Source: Octopus sinensis
Lineage: Eukaryota
Assembly (NCBI RefSeq): GCF_006345805.1
Contig: NC_042999.1
Location: 15,500,001 to 15,564,000 of the forward strand
Length of the DNA: 64,000 bases
Direction of reading: 5' to 3'
The stretch's first letter is position 1; each line of letters begins with the position of its first letter. The position numbers and the translations under genes are program-made. This document shows, piece after piece, positions 1-11,092 of this stretch. The notes under the pieces were generated by a model that was given only the letters and a program-made list of their open reading frames with translations, ran no database searches and was not told the origin of the DNA.

Positions 1-608
1 CACGTCCCTGTAACTTAGCAGTTCGGCAAAACAAACTAGCAGAATAAGTATTAGGCTTACAAAGAATAAGTCCTGGGGTCGATTTGCTCGACTAAAGGCA
101 GTGCTCCAGCATGGCCACAGTCAAATGACTGAAACAAGTAAAAGAGTTGTACCAAAATTTGAAACCAATATATAAATTGTCTGTAGCTGTGGAGTGTAGG
201 TAATCTGTGATGGTTGAGGCTCCATTGTTTTGTGAGGCTTTTTAGTGTAATTAAGTTTCACACAGTAGAGATTGAAATTCTAGACTATTCTGTTATACTT
301 GCTTATAGAACATATGCACTGTTTGTAAACTCGACAATGCATATATATGTATATGGATGTCTATTTATAGTCATATATTTGATTTTCTTGGCTGTGCTAC
401 ACAAGCAATAGTGGACTGGCGAGGTTGTCAGCTTTCCTGATGGCAAGTGGGCCCCTGTGCCAGTAGAATCCATATATAGGGGACATGTTAGTATCTAAGG
501 GGCCCATATCCTCAAGTTTGAGAATTTTTTATTCACTCCTGGAAGAATGGCTCTGTTTGTAGACAGTTGAAAAGAATACTTTTAAAAATAAAAGAAAAAA
601 ATTAAATG

Positions 609-1047
609 ATAGGTGTAGGAGTGGCTGTGTGGATAGGCATAGGAGTGGCTGTGTGGATAGGCATAGGAGTGGCTGTGCAGTAAGTAATTTGCTCACCAAC
701 CACATGGTTCCGGGTTCAGTCCCACTGCATGGAACCTTGGGAAAGTGTCTTCTACTATAGCTTGGGGCTGACCAAAGCCTTATGAGTGGATTTGCTAGAC
801 GGAAACTGAAAGAAGCCCATCATGTATATGTGTATATGTTTGTGTGTCTGTGTTTGTGCCCCAACATCACTTGACAACCGATGCTGGTGTGTTTACGTCC
901 CCGTTACCTAGCGGCTTGGCAAAAGAGGCTGATAGAATAAGTACTCGGCTTACAAAGAATAAGTCCTGGGGACGATTTGTTCAACTAAAGGCAGTGCTCC
1001 TGCGTGGCCACAGTCAAATGACTGAAACAAGTAATAGAGTAAAAGAG
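609..1047 (+). mobile_element. tRNA-headed SINE family A with a triplicated 24-bp 5' end
   Basis: Head aggcgcaggagtggctgtgtggtaag…ggttcagtccc (A/B boxes), central (CA/TA)n, tail hairpin cagtcaaatgactg and (taaaagag)n end. A tail-only copy lies at 1-146. Confidence 0.88.
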
Positions 1048-1454
1048 GTAGCATTGTAATAGCGGGTGGGCATCGTTAGTCTCCTGGCAACCAATATTTT
1101 TAGACCCAGTCCACCATGGTACACAAGTGAATGAATACTTACAGTTAATAAAAGAAACTTCATACAACTGATTCTTTTACTCATGCTTAATGTTACAACC
1201 AAATCTCTTTTAGACAATTGTTTATTGTTCTCAAAACAAGAACAATATGAAAATGCTCAAAAAAACTTTGACAGGAAACTCTTAAAAGAAACATACTGAC
1301 CATGATTAAAACGGATTTCAACCTATATAATTTTAGATTAACAGAATAAACATTAATAAAATAATAAGAATCCTTTAGAACAAGACCTGAGTTTATGGAT
1401 AAAAAAAATCTAATATATTTGTTTTAATATGTGTTAAAATTCTAATAATCATAA

Positions 1455-1672
1455 TAATCCTTTCTACTGGAAGCACAAGGCCTTAAATTTAGGGGAAGGG
1501 ATTAAGTTGATTATGTCGACCCCAGTGTACAACTGGTACTTATTTCATTGACCCTGAAAGGATAAAAGGCAAAGTTGACTTCAGCAGAATTTCAACTCAG
1601 AATGTAGCCACTGGCAAAATACTGCTAAGCATTTTGTCAGCATTCTAACAATTCTGCCAGCTCACCACCTTT
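1455..1672 (-). mobile_element. SINE family C, tail type 2
   Basis: Same head and core; tail aaatttaaggccttgtgc...agaaaggattatta. Confidence 0.78.
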
Positions 1673-1705
1673 GTTATAATAATAATAATAATAATAATAT
1701 TAGTG

Positions 1706-2197
1706 ACTAGCACTATGACCCAGCATTGCCAGGTCTAGTGTTAGTGCTTGTTTTTCGTTGCTGTGTCGCAGTAAAAATTTCTCACTAAATCAAGAGCTAA
1801 GTTTCTTATCACATTTCAGCCTGGGCCAATTTTGTTGTTTATGAGCTAGTTGGACCTTTTTATGAGAGTAATTAATATTCACTGGACTTTGGTTTTCACA
1901 CCTGGAACAATCATGGAAAATTAGCGGGACTGTGCACGTGCCATTAGTCGGACAAAAAATGAGGCAGAAGAAAGTGAAAAGCTTGAATTTGGCTGCAAAA
2001 TAACTTATGTGCATGAGGGGTTGGTTTATCAATTTTTTTTTATGGCTTTCTGGGGTGACTGGGGAAATGAAAAGATCTTCATGACTACCCTCAGACAGTT
2101 TTGAAAGCCCATAGAAAATGCGAGCCTTTTATGTGAAAAACTGTGGATTTGTATAAAGGACACACTGACACATAGATATTTTGCCATTTATAGATAT
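1706..2197 (+). mobile_element. Helitron/Helentron-like non-autonomous element
   Basis: ACTAGCA…ACCC start and gacac…tttatagat end; abuts the next element head to tail. Confidence 0.5.
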
Positions 2198-2593
2198 ACT
2201 AGCAGTATCGCCCGGCGTTGCTCGGGTTTGTAAGGGAAATAACTATATAAGCATTTTTAGAGAGTTATAGCCAAAAAATAGCAAAAAAATGCATTAAAAA
2301 TTGAAAAAAATTAAGGTAAATTTTTTTTTAAATCGTTGACACATCGTAGATATTTTTAGAGAGTTACTTCCCTTATATAAAAGCGAAAAAAATGCATTAA
2401 AATGGAAAAATATGATGGTAAATTTTTTTAAATCGTACACTCATCGTAGACGCACGCTAATACCCAGAAGGGCTCGATATGAATCACGACTATAAGATAC
2501 CCGCTTTTGGTTAAACTGCACCGCAAAATGTGGGAGTAGTTAGGAATCTAAATCGTAGGAGACAGACACACAACTTCACTCTTATATAAAGAT
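2198..2593 (+). mobile_element. Helitron/Helentron-like non-autonomous element
   Basis: 5' ACTAGCAGTATCGCCCGGCGTTGCTCGGG (hairpin), 3' acagac…aacttc…ttatataaagat. Confidence 0.65.
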
Positions 2594-3239
2594 GCTTTTT
2601 TTTTTCCAGTCATAGAGTTAGATTTATGAAGGTCTTCAGTAGAAAATCCTTCGAATTCTGACTCGCTGCTTGATATAATGAAATTCGTATCCATTTTTTG
2701 TCAGAATTAAAAATTGAAAACACAATAGGAACAAATTCGGAAAAAAATCTCCCATAATTCACGGAATTAAAATTACACTTCAATTTTTGTACAAAACTGT
2801 AGTTGAAGTGTTTACGAAGTATAATACGTGTTTTCACGAATGTACTAAAGAGATTTGCTCTGATATTCTCATTTAAATATGAATAGGTAAATTCGGGCGG
2901 CTTGGTAACTATATATAAGTGTCGTCTGTTTATACATAAACACTGTTTCATACTGCAATTATATATACATATATCTATATATAATATTATATAATAAAAT
3001 ATATACAGAGTAAAATAAAAACCAATTTACCTTTTCTGTCCGTCCGTGTGTCTTTGCAAATGTGTTGGAATGATAAGTGAGTTGAGTTTTGGCGCCTTTT
3101 TTACTAATAACAAACACACACGTGTTTGTATGTAGTTGTATGTGTATGTAGTTGTATGTAGTTGTATATGTATGTGTATGCGTGTGTGTGAGGAATGACA
3201 CACACACACTCACGCACGCACACATGTACATCAATGCTT

Positions 3240-3772
3240 TCGTAGTGATATGTTAAAATATTGAGTTTTCTCGAATTTTGTCTTAAATGGTGGTAAAATT
3301 GAAAGAAATTTTTTATGGCATCACCCACTGAAGTACTCTGAAAAATCTTAGGTAAATTCTAATTGAAGAAATTGTGTGAGGAGTAAATGGTTATGTATTT
3401 ATTTGTTTCTGTTTGCTGTGTTTTTTTTATTTTTTGAGTAGTGGTTTAAATACTTTCAGTTTAGTCTTCCTCAAATCACTCTGTCGCTATTTACTTTCAT
3501 TTTATTCGTTGCACACTCTGTGTGTGCGTTTGCGTGTGGTGTAAACCAGACTAAGAAAAGCATTTGACACACACACCAGAATGTGAGTTTTCTGTAAATT
3601 TTGCTTAATTGGAGTTTAAATTTTAAAAACTGGACCTGGCATGACGCGATGCATTCTACTCTTAAAAATGCTAGGTAAATTGTAATTGAAGAAGTCCTAT
3701 ATTGTAGATTTCTATAACTCCCAAAGGGAGGCAGATAAAATCTGCCTTTTATAATAAGAGATAGAGATAATT
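3240..3772 (+). mobile_element. Probable Helentron-type element 3' region
   Basis: Subterminal hairpin aggcagataaaatctgcct followed by tttataataagagat; internal ~100-bp repeat (3275-3375, 3596-3700). Confidence 0.4.
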
Positions 3773-3816
3773 AGAATGCAAAACAAAAAGCTTATAAAGT
3801 CAGTCTGTTTACTCAC

Positions 3817-3970
3817 CTATAATAATTGATGTGGGGTACTGTTCGAAAAAAATATGGGTACTTCTGCTTGTTGTTTAAAGAAGCAGCACCAGCACTGTAG
3901 CTGACGATTATCATATTAAAGTGTTTGCTAATGGCTGCAATTGGTTCAGCTTCATCAGTACAACCAGGAC
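3817..3970 (-). CDS. Next internal coding exon of the same receptor gene
   Basis: Minus strand: cctaatatatttttattgtag|GT CCT GGT TGT...TAT TAT AG|gtgagt, 154 nt: (G)PGCTDEAEPIAAISKHFNMIIVSYSAGAASLNNKQKYPYFFRTVPHINYY. Contains the GPGC and SY...L....YPYFFRT.P motifs and joins the 29016 exon in frame (G|GT = Gly, giving ILGPGC). Confidence 0.93.
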
Positions 3971-5233
3971 CTACAATAAAAATATATTAGGTTACATTAT
4001 GCGCAATATACAATGAAAGCTTTACAAACATGGGTTGTATTTAACAGTTTTGTTTATGATGTCTTTGTAGAGTTAAGAACATTCAAAAAGGAAACTTCTG
4101 GAAGTGATATTTATTGTTTCCATTTTGAAGAATAGCTTTAGAAGACTATTTTTGGTAGGACATGTCATAATGGCATTTGATCAGAGAAAACACAGAATCT
4201 ATTAGCTCCGTATCAATAAGTGGGTTACTTGTTGTAAATGTATTTATTTATTTATTTATTCATCCAAATGTTAAAAATACAAACGTCAAAGTGATTTATT
4301 TACTTCCTGTTGCTTCTTTGCAATATCGAAGTCATGGTATTCAGTTATTCTTAAAAAAAAAAATAATGAAAATAATAAAAATTCCAGCATTAAACACACA
4401 AAAGATGCCAATCTTCAAATGATCCTTTCAGCCATTTTGAATTATTTTTAAAATCACAGTCTCACTTAATGAATAATATCTGAAGACCATGTGAAATGTT
4501 AACAGTTAAGCTCTAGCTGTTTTTCTTTCTTTTTTTTTTTTTTAAATTCTTTTCTCTCAGCCTAATCTTATTAAGAATTTTCAGTTCAATGGACCTCAGA
4601 AGGAAATTGTACACCAGAGCTGTTGCTTAAATTTAGCATGCGAAGATGCATCAAAAATCTGTAAATCTGCCAAGAGTTAATGCATCAGATCCTACACTGC
4701 ATATACCGTTATTAACTGGGATCTTCACGTTGAATCAATGGGCTAGTTTGTTTTCTAAATAATGCACTAACTTATATAAATACAAAGAAAAGCACTTAGG
4801 CAACCAATCTGAATAAGATACAATGCTCTACATATACAATATTCATAATGCCTTTCTTGGCATTTACATTGTTAAACGTTAAGAATCTATTTTGGGAGAG
4901 TCTGTGGTATATAATCAGACATGCCATTAATAACAGAATGAATGTCAGTTTTATTTTTAAGGTATTTTACTCCATCTAAGATTTATTTAAAATTCAATAT
5001 GCTCTTAATTCATTGTTTTCTTTTTGCGGTTTTAACTATTTCATTTTCGACTAATAATTACATAAAATGCAGTCATAATCCATGTTGTTTTTCAATTTTA
5101 AAGTTTCTGAATCAGTGAACTGTGTGGCTACTTGCAGGTAATATCTGACACACTTTATATTAATGTTTATGTTGTTTCTCATAAACTAGTCTTGACAGAC
5201 ATATAAAATGACCTTATATATATATATATATAT

Positions 5234-5477
5234 AAGAAAAAAAGCAACAAGAATGGATCAATATTTCGGTACAATTGTTTCGTACGAAGACAGCTTTATT
5301 AAGGCTGCAAATATTGCAGTAAATATAAGTGACCCGTACTCATCAGCCGTACTTTTTTCTTATTTATAATCACCCCGCATTATCTTATGGTTAACACCAT
5401 ATAGATTTCTGGTGCATCTAAGTTAAGTACCGCATTCATGTGAATTCAACAGAACTCACTTGAATCTTAATTGCTTT

Positions 5478-5480
<3 letters not shown>
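5234..5480 (-). mobile_element. Penelope-like pLTR-type cassette carrying the hammerhead, flanked by (TA)n
   Basis: About 250 bp between two (TA)n tracts. Minimal hammerheads with palindromic stem III are characteristic of Penelope-like elements; no ORF present. Confidence 0.55.
5267..5349 (-). ncRNA. Type I hammerhead ribozyme, canonical core, enlarged stem II
   Basis: Minus strand: CGG-CUGAUGA-GUACG-(48 nt with internal hairpins)-CGUAC-GAA-ACAAUUGU-A-CCG. Stem I CGG/CCG, stem II GUACG/CGUAC, palindromic stem III, GUA cleavage triplet. Confidence 0.85.
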
Positions 5481-5517
<37 letters not shown>

Positions 5518-5696
5518 TATTTATTATATTATATACGTTTTTATTATTATTTTTTGCAGTTTACTTAATCATTGACATTTTATTGTTATTTTAATTTTAA
5601 TATTTCTATTATATGTAATTTTCTAGATGGTGTAATTTAATTGTTCATTTTGAATTGATAAAAGGTGTTTTTTTCTAATTATATATATATATAGGG

Positions 5697-5915
5697 GGTA
5701 AAGACCCCCTTCGGTCATGAATGACCATGGGATTTCACCTAGAAAGTTACCCTCCTAGACACAAGTCCGGGCAAGGTTGTTTATGGAAGGCCAGCAGTCG
5801 CCCATGCATACCAGCCTCCCCTCTCCGCACCACCAGTGTTATCCAAGGGAAAGGCAACAGCAGATACAGCTTGGCACCTGTGACGTCGCAACTCATTTCT
5901 ACAGCTGAGTGAACT
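5697..5915 (-). mobile_element. 5'-truncated family D SINE (duplicate at 6347-6565)
   Basis: Reverse complement of 56390-56582 plus the family terminus. Confidence 0.8.
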
Positions 5916-5927
5916 ATATATATATAT

Positions 5928-6135
5928 AGTTAATCCAAGCATGAAAACACAAAGAGAAAACACGAGGACGTGGAACAAATATAGTATTATTGGACGCTCA
6001 GGAAGGAAGGGAAGAAGGAGGGTTTAACGTTTCGAGCAGAGCTCTTTGTCAGAAACATAGGAAAAGGAAAGATCCAGAGAAGGGAAGACGGAGAAAAAAA
6101 AATCGCTAACGGTACACACACGGTCACATCGAAGA
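5928..6135 (-). mobile_element. Penelope-derived short element, subfamily A (second copy at 6578-6785)
   Basis: Homologous to 15378-15570 on the opposite strand; flanked by (TA)n; contains a hammerhead motif. Confidence 0.65.
6022..6056 (-). ncRNA. Minimal hammerhead motif, subfamily A, G8A core mutation
   Basis: GUUU-CUGACAA-A-GAGC-UCU-GCUC-GAA-ACGU-U-AAAC; stems I, II and III intact, G8 changed to A. Confidence 0.7.
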
Positions 6136-6671
6136 TATATATATATATAATATATATATATATACATTATTTATTATATTATATACGTTTTTATTATTAT
6201 TTTTTGCAGTTTACTTAATCATTGACATTTTATTGTTATTTTAATTTTAATATTTCTATTATATGTAATTTTCTAGATGGTGTAATTTAATTGTTCATTT
6301 TGAATTGATAAAAGGTGTTTTTTTCTAATTATATATATATATAGGGGGTAAAGACCCCCTTCGGTCATGAATGACCATGGGATTTCACCTAGAAAGTTAC
6401 CCTCCTAGACACAAGTCCGGGCAAGGTTGTTTATGGAAGGCCAGCAGTCGCCCATGCATACCAGCCTCCCCTCTCCGCACCACCAGTGTTATCCAAGGGA
6501 AAGGCAACAGCAGATACAGCTTGGCACCTGTGACGTCGCAACTCATTTCTACAGCTGAGTGAACTATATATATATATAGTTAATCCAAGCATGAAAACAC
6601 AAAGAGAAAACACGAGGACGTGGAACAAATATAGTATTATTGGACGCTCAGGAAGGAAGGGAAGAAGGAGG

Positions 6672-6706
6672 GTTTAACGTTTCGAGCAGAGCTCTTTGTC
6701 AGAAAC
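6672..6706 (-). ncRNA. Minimal hammerhead motif, subfamily A (duplicate copy)
   Basis: Identical to 6022-6056, 650 bp away, inside the tandem duplication. Confidence 0.7.
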
Positions 6707-6811
6707 ATAGGAAAAGGAAAGATCCAGAGAAGGGAAGACGGAGAAAAAAAAATCGCTAACGGTACACACACGGTCACATCGAAGATATATATATATATAT
6801 ATATAAAGGGA

Positions 6812-6950
6812 AAGTTTACGAAAATAAACAAAAGACGAAGGCAGGTGGAGCACTAACAAACAAATGTATTAGTATAGCCCTCAGGAATAGAAAATGTCTT
6901 TTGCATTTCGGGCCTACGCTCTTCGACAGAAAGATACACAGAAAAAAACA
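6812..6950 (-). mobile_element. Penelope-derived short element, subfamily B
   Basis: Homologous to 14712-15150 and 31880-32068; shares the cgctcagg block with subfamily A; contains a hammerhead motif. Confidence 0.65.
6897..6934 (-). ncRNA. Minimal hammerhead motif, subfamily B, degenerate
   Basis: UCUUU-CUGUCGA-A-GAGC-GUAG-GCCC-GAA-AUGC-A-AAAGA; stem III mutated. Confidence 0.55.
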
Positions 6951-8140
6951 AATATATATATCTTCGATTTCTCGTTCTTCAAATGTGACTGATCCCCTGG
7001 TTCTTTTAAATAAATGCTGTGCTGCTTTCTTATCGCAAAATTATGTCTTAGTTACTTACCCACTAACTTTTCATCTCATTTATGCAATATTCAAAAAGTT
7101 AGGAAAATATTATTAAAAATTGATTGATGAAATATTAGAGCTGTTTTGGTATTTACACTGCTTTTAATTAATCTATTCATCTCGTTTGAGTCTTTTATTC
7201 TTCTGTAAACAATACTGTACACTTAACTACACAATCTATTAGCAATATTTGTGAATAGCAATGAAGATTACATTATTCTGACTCCATTAAGTAGCAAACA
7301 CTGTGACTAGTTCAGCAAGAAAATTTTTCACCACTAGTAATTTTGAAGAATAATATGAATTGTGTTATTAGAGCATTTTCCTTCCTTTGTTCTCCAAGAA
7401 ATAACCAATATTGTTCAAGTTAAATTCATTTATGAATTTAAGTTTGTAGCAACATTATTTTTGTAATTATTTTCCCTTATGGAGAATGCATTTCTAAAAC
7501 AAGTAATAATTTTCGATTCAAAGCAACAGTGAACATTCTTAAAACTCAACGTTGTAAAATCAGTTGTTAAATGGGGTTTAGTTAAATGGAAAATTACATA
7601 TATAATGAATTCTATTTTAGTGATAGAGTTGTAATACAAATATAAAATTGTAAAAATATAAAAATAAGATACAGGAACTTCAACTATAAGAATTGGCAAT
7701 GTTTAACAATGAGGAGGATGTATTTGGTCTTTGAAGAACTGTTAATTAAATTCTATCTTTAAAGTTACAAAAGTTTATTTCTAGTCTGAAATTTACCTCT
7801 CACATTCTGAAACTACTTTAGGGGTATCGTTAGCAGCAAAATTCCAACTGGAGTGGTAGCAATACTCCAACTTACATAACATGGTACCATGTAACTACAA
7901 AACTCATTTATTCACTAGAAAATTAAAAGAATAAACCCAAAATTTTGTTAAGAGGTAGAATTGTTAAATAACACACAGATCATTTGTACTCTTCCTTCTA
8001 TAGCTCACAAATGAAACGCCAAGAAATTCCATCCAACTTCACAAACCTAATAACATAAACACATGCTTAAGTTATCTCTGACTACAAAGAACCATAGCAC
8101 TAACACAGTCAAGAATTACTGACAAGACAATGAAAATTCG

Positions 8141-8440
8141 CCTTACTGGCACCTATGCCAGTGGCATGACCAGCATCACCTTACTGGCACCTGTGCCCTG
8201 TGCCAGTGGCGTGTGTAAAAGATTCGAGCGAGGTCGTTGCCAGTACCGCCTGACTGGCCCTGTGCCGGTGGCGTGTAAAAGCACCCACTACACTCTCAGA
8301 GTGGTTGGCGTTAGGAAGGGCATCCAGCTGTAGAAACTCTGCCAGATCAAGATGAAGCCTGGTGCAGCCATTTGGTTTGCCAGCCCTCAGTCAAATTGTC
8401 CAACCCATGCTAGCATGGAAAGTGGACGTTAAACGATGAA
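8141..8440 (+). mobile_element. RTE 3'-tail element (family B)
   Basis: Same tail as 59340-60540. Confidence 0.8.
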
Positions 8441-9624
8441 AACAAAAAAATAACTATATGTTCAATAATTGAAACTCATTTTCACTTAGAAATCAGCTGG
8501 CCTTTTCTAGTTCACAACAACACAACATCAGCTTAAAACAAATAGAACAGCTGCATACTACCTCCAGTGTTATCTAAGTACTACAAGGATTTTTTTAAGA
8601 GTTGATATAATGAGATTTGGTACATGACAAATCTTTCTGAATTTTTGACATTTAAATAAAAGGAATAGCAATAATTTTGAAAATTTTTCTTCGAGGCAGG
8701 AAAAGCTTGGAAAAATGTTAGTAAAAAAAGAATTTTCAAGAATTGTGATAATTCTTTATATTTCAATGTTTTAATGGAGTATATTCTATAAAACATTGAC
8801 AATTTTATTCATGGTATGGTGGGGGCTTGAAGTAGATAGAACCTGCGAAAGAGAGAAGCCTAAGAAGACTTGGAATTAAGTGAAGCTGAATTTCAAGAAG
8901 AGAACCATGATAGTTAGTGACATGATGACTACTTTGCTATGTCTACACAGGTGTGTGTGCACAGGTAAACACAAAAAAACAATCATTACCACTCTTTATC
9001 CTCTACTACCTATATAAGAGTTGTATTTTAGGTGTTTGCACTCAATCCTCTTATCATTACTCATCAATTATTACAATTACTCTACCTTTTATTTTTTACC
9101 CATCATCATTACCATCACTTTGTCTCTCCTCACTTCCATCATGATGCCTATGGAATGAGGGCTGGCACTGAAACTGTCCCCACCCAGTACATTCTTAAAT
9201 CACCCTCCACTACTAAGCATCATTCTATCCTTCATGTGACTCTTAATTCACAACCCTGTCTCTTATTGTAACAGATTTATATTGTCATCCCATTATGCAG
9301 TTCAAGAGGATTTCTATTTACCATTCTAACAGTAATGAAGGTGAAGCTATCTCTGCCTTTCTTACATTACTCCCTTCTTCTGCCACTCTTACCATAACCC
9401 ACCTCTGTTGCTATCCATCATTCATGCCCCCTTACTACGCTACATATATACTGCTAGACCTTCATGCTTCTCAGACTGATTTTCAATTCAATTTCCTATC
9501 AACTACCAACAACCACCACCATATAATTACAACTCTCTATTCTCTTTTACTCCTCTACCATTCCTCATAGTCTCTATTCACACTCTTGGTCATCCCTCAC
9601 TTCCTTTCCGCATGTCTTAACAGT

Positions 9625-9812
9625 TTTGGGGAAGGGGGCAAGTCAATTGTATGAACCCCAGTGCTCAACTTGTATTTTTTTATTGAACCCATAAGGATGA
9701 AAGGTAAGTCAACCTTGGTGGAAATTTCTACAAAATTTGTTTTACATAAAAATGGATGAAATTCTGCTAAGCATTTTGCCTGATGTACTGATTCTGCCAG
9801 CTTCCCGCCTTA
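9625..9812 (-). mobile_element. SINE family C, tail type 2, old
   Basis: Diverged homology. Confidence 0.65.
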
Positions 9813-9911
9813 GACATCTATATATTCTTTTCTACTCTAGGCACAATAGAGAACTTCTTAGTCTTGCTAAGGACAATAGCAACCTTCCTAGTTTTGATGC
9901 CATGATAAAAT

Positions 9912-10111
9912 ATCTCTGCTGCAGTAGAAAGAGGTGTAGGAACCGGATGAACCATTTATCCACCTCTTTCAAGAAATTTAGCCCTTCTGTTGACCTAGCT
10001 ATTTTCTCACTCCATCTAGCAGGTATCTCATCAATTCTTGGAGCTATTAATGTTATCACAACTATTATTAATATATGATGAGAAGGAATATTAATAGAAC
10101 AACTCCCCCTA
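9912..10111 (+). pseudogene. COX1: NUMT: nuclear copy of a mitochondrial COX1 fragment
   Basis: Invertebrate mitochondrial code (AGA=S, TGA=W, ATA=M): [23 protein letters not shown] / [31 protein letters not shown](W)WEGMLMEQLPL, with a frameshifting deletion of about 10 nt. Confidence 0.95.
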
Positions 10112-10904
10112 CACTCTATAAAGTGACTGGTTTTTGGACGGAGACAATATGCCATAAAGAAGGCCATTTAGTTTTGTCAAGGACAGAACTCAACAAGTTC
10201 TTTAATGTTAATCACATGATAAAATGAACTCAGTACAGTTTGTAATGCATTCAGTGTTTGGAAGGGTATCCAGCACATACCAAAAAATGGAACACACAGG
10301 AGAAGTGTGGACAATTGGTATATCTATAGGATCAGTAATTCTGGATAAAAACCTGACATGAACCAGGATGTGTGTAGGTTTTTCTATTCATGATTTCCAT
10401 ACTGAGTGGTGCATGGTGTTTTTGAGAAATGCACATCATTACATATTTCTCCAGTTCACTCAGCAGTAAATGAGTGACAGAATGGCATCCTGTTCAGTCA
10501 CTTTTATGTCATGGAAACCAGGTGATTGCTCCTATGAGTCCTAGAACTTGAGGTAGTGATGTCCAAGGGATGATGATGATGATGATGGACCAGGATAACC
10601 CATTCAACCCATTCTAGCATGAAAAACATAAACGACGAGAATGATGATTATAGTGCATTTGACTTGACATTTATGGGAAACACTACTCTTCAGGAAAATT
10701 CATTGCTAATTGAAAGAATATTAAAAGTAAAGAATTATTATTTTTTTTAAATTGAAAGGTAAAAAAATTATGTATGATTAAATCAAAGTTGAATATTTCT
10801 TTTCCTTAAAGACAGTTGTTCTTAAAATATAGGTCAAGATCCACCAAGAGGAACATGTAAGAAAACTTTCATGGAGAAATTTGTTCAGTTTGGTTATTAG
10901 ATGA

Positions 10905-11092
10905 TGAGGATGATGATGATCATCATCATCATTTAACGTCCGCTTTCCATGCTAGCATGGGTTGGACGATTTGACTGAGGACTGGCGAACCAGATGGCTA
11001 CACCAGGCTCCAATCTGATCAGGCAGAGTTTCTACAGCTGGATGCCCTTCCTAATGCCAACCACTCCAAGTGTGTAGTGGGTGCTTTTACGT
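10905..11092 (-). mobile_element. RTE 3'-tail element (family B)
   Basis: Reverse complement of the family B tail. Confidence 0.8.

Larger units (their letters stand above)
5515..6800. repeat. 650-bp direct tandem duplication bounded by (TA)n
   Basis: Sequence from 5515 recurs from 6165 with no differences seen outside the TA tracts. Confidence 0.95.

Noticed and set aside
409-1116. Possible MITE with (T)AGTGGACTGG / CCAGTCCACC ends around the first SINE
   Set aside because: The inverted match is only about 10 bp and no TSD was found.
9737-10078. 113-aa ORF ending in a COX1-like segment as a chimeric nuclear gene
   Set aside because: The 5' part is SINE sequence and the 3' part is the frameshifted NUMT; no splice or promoter evidence.
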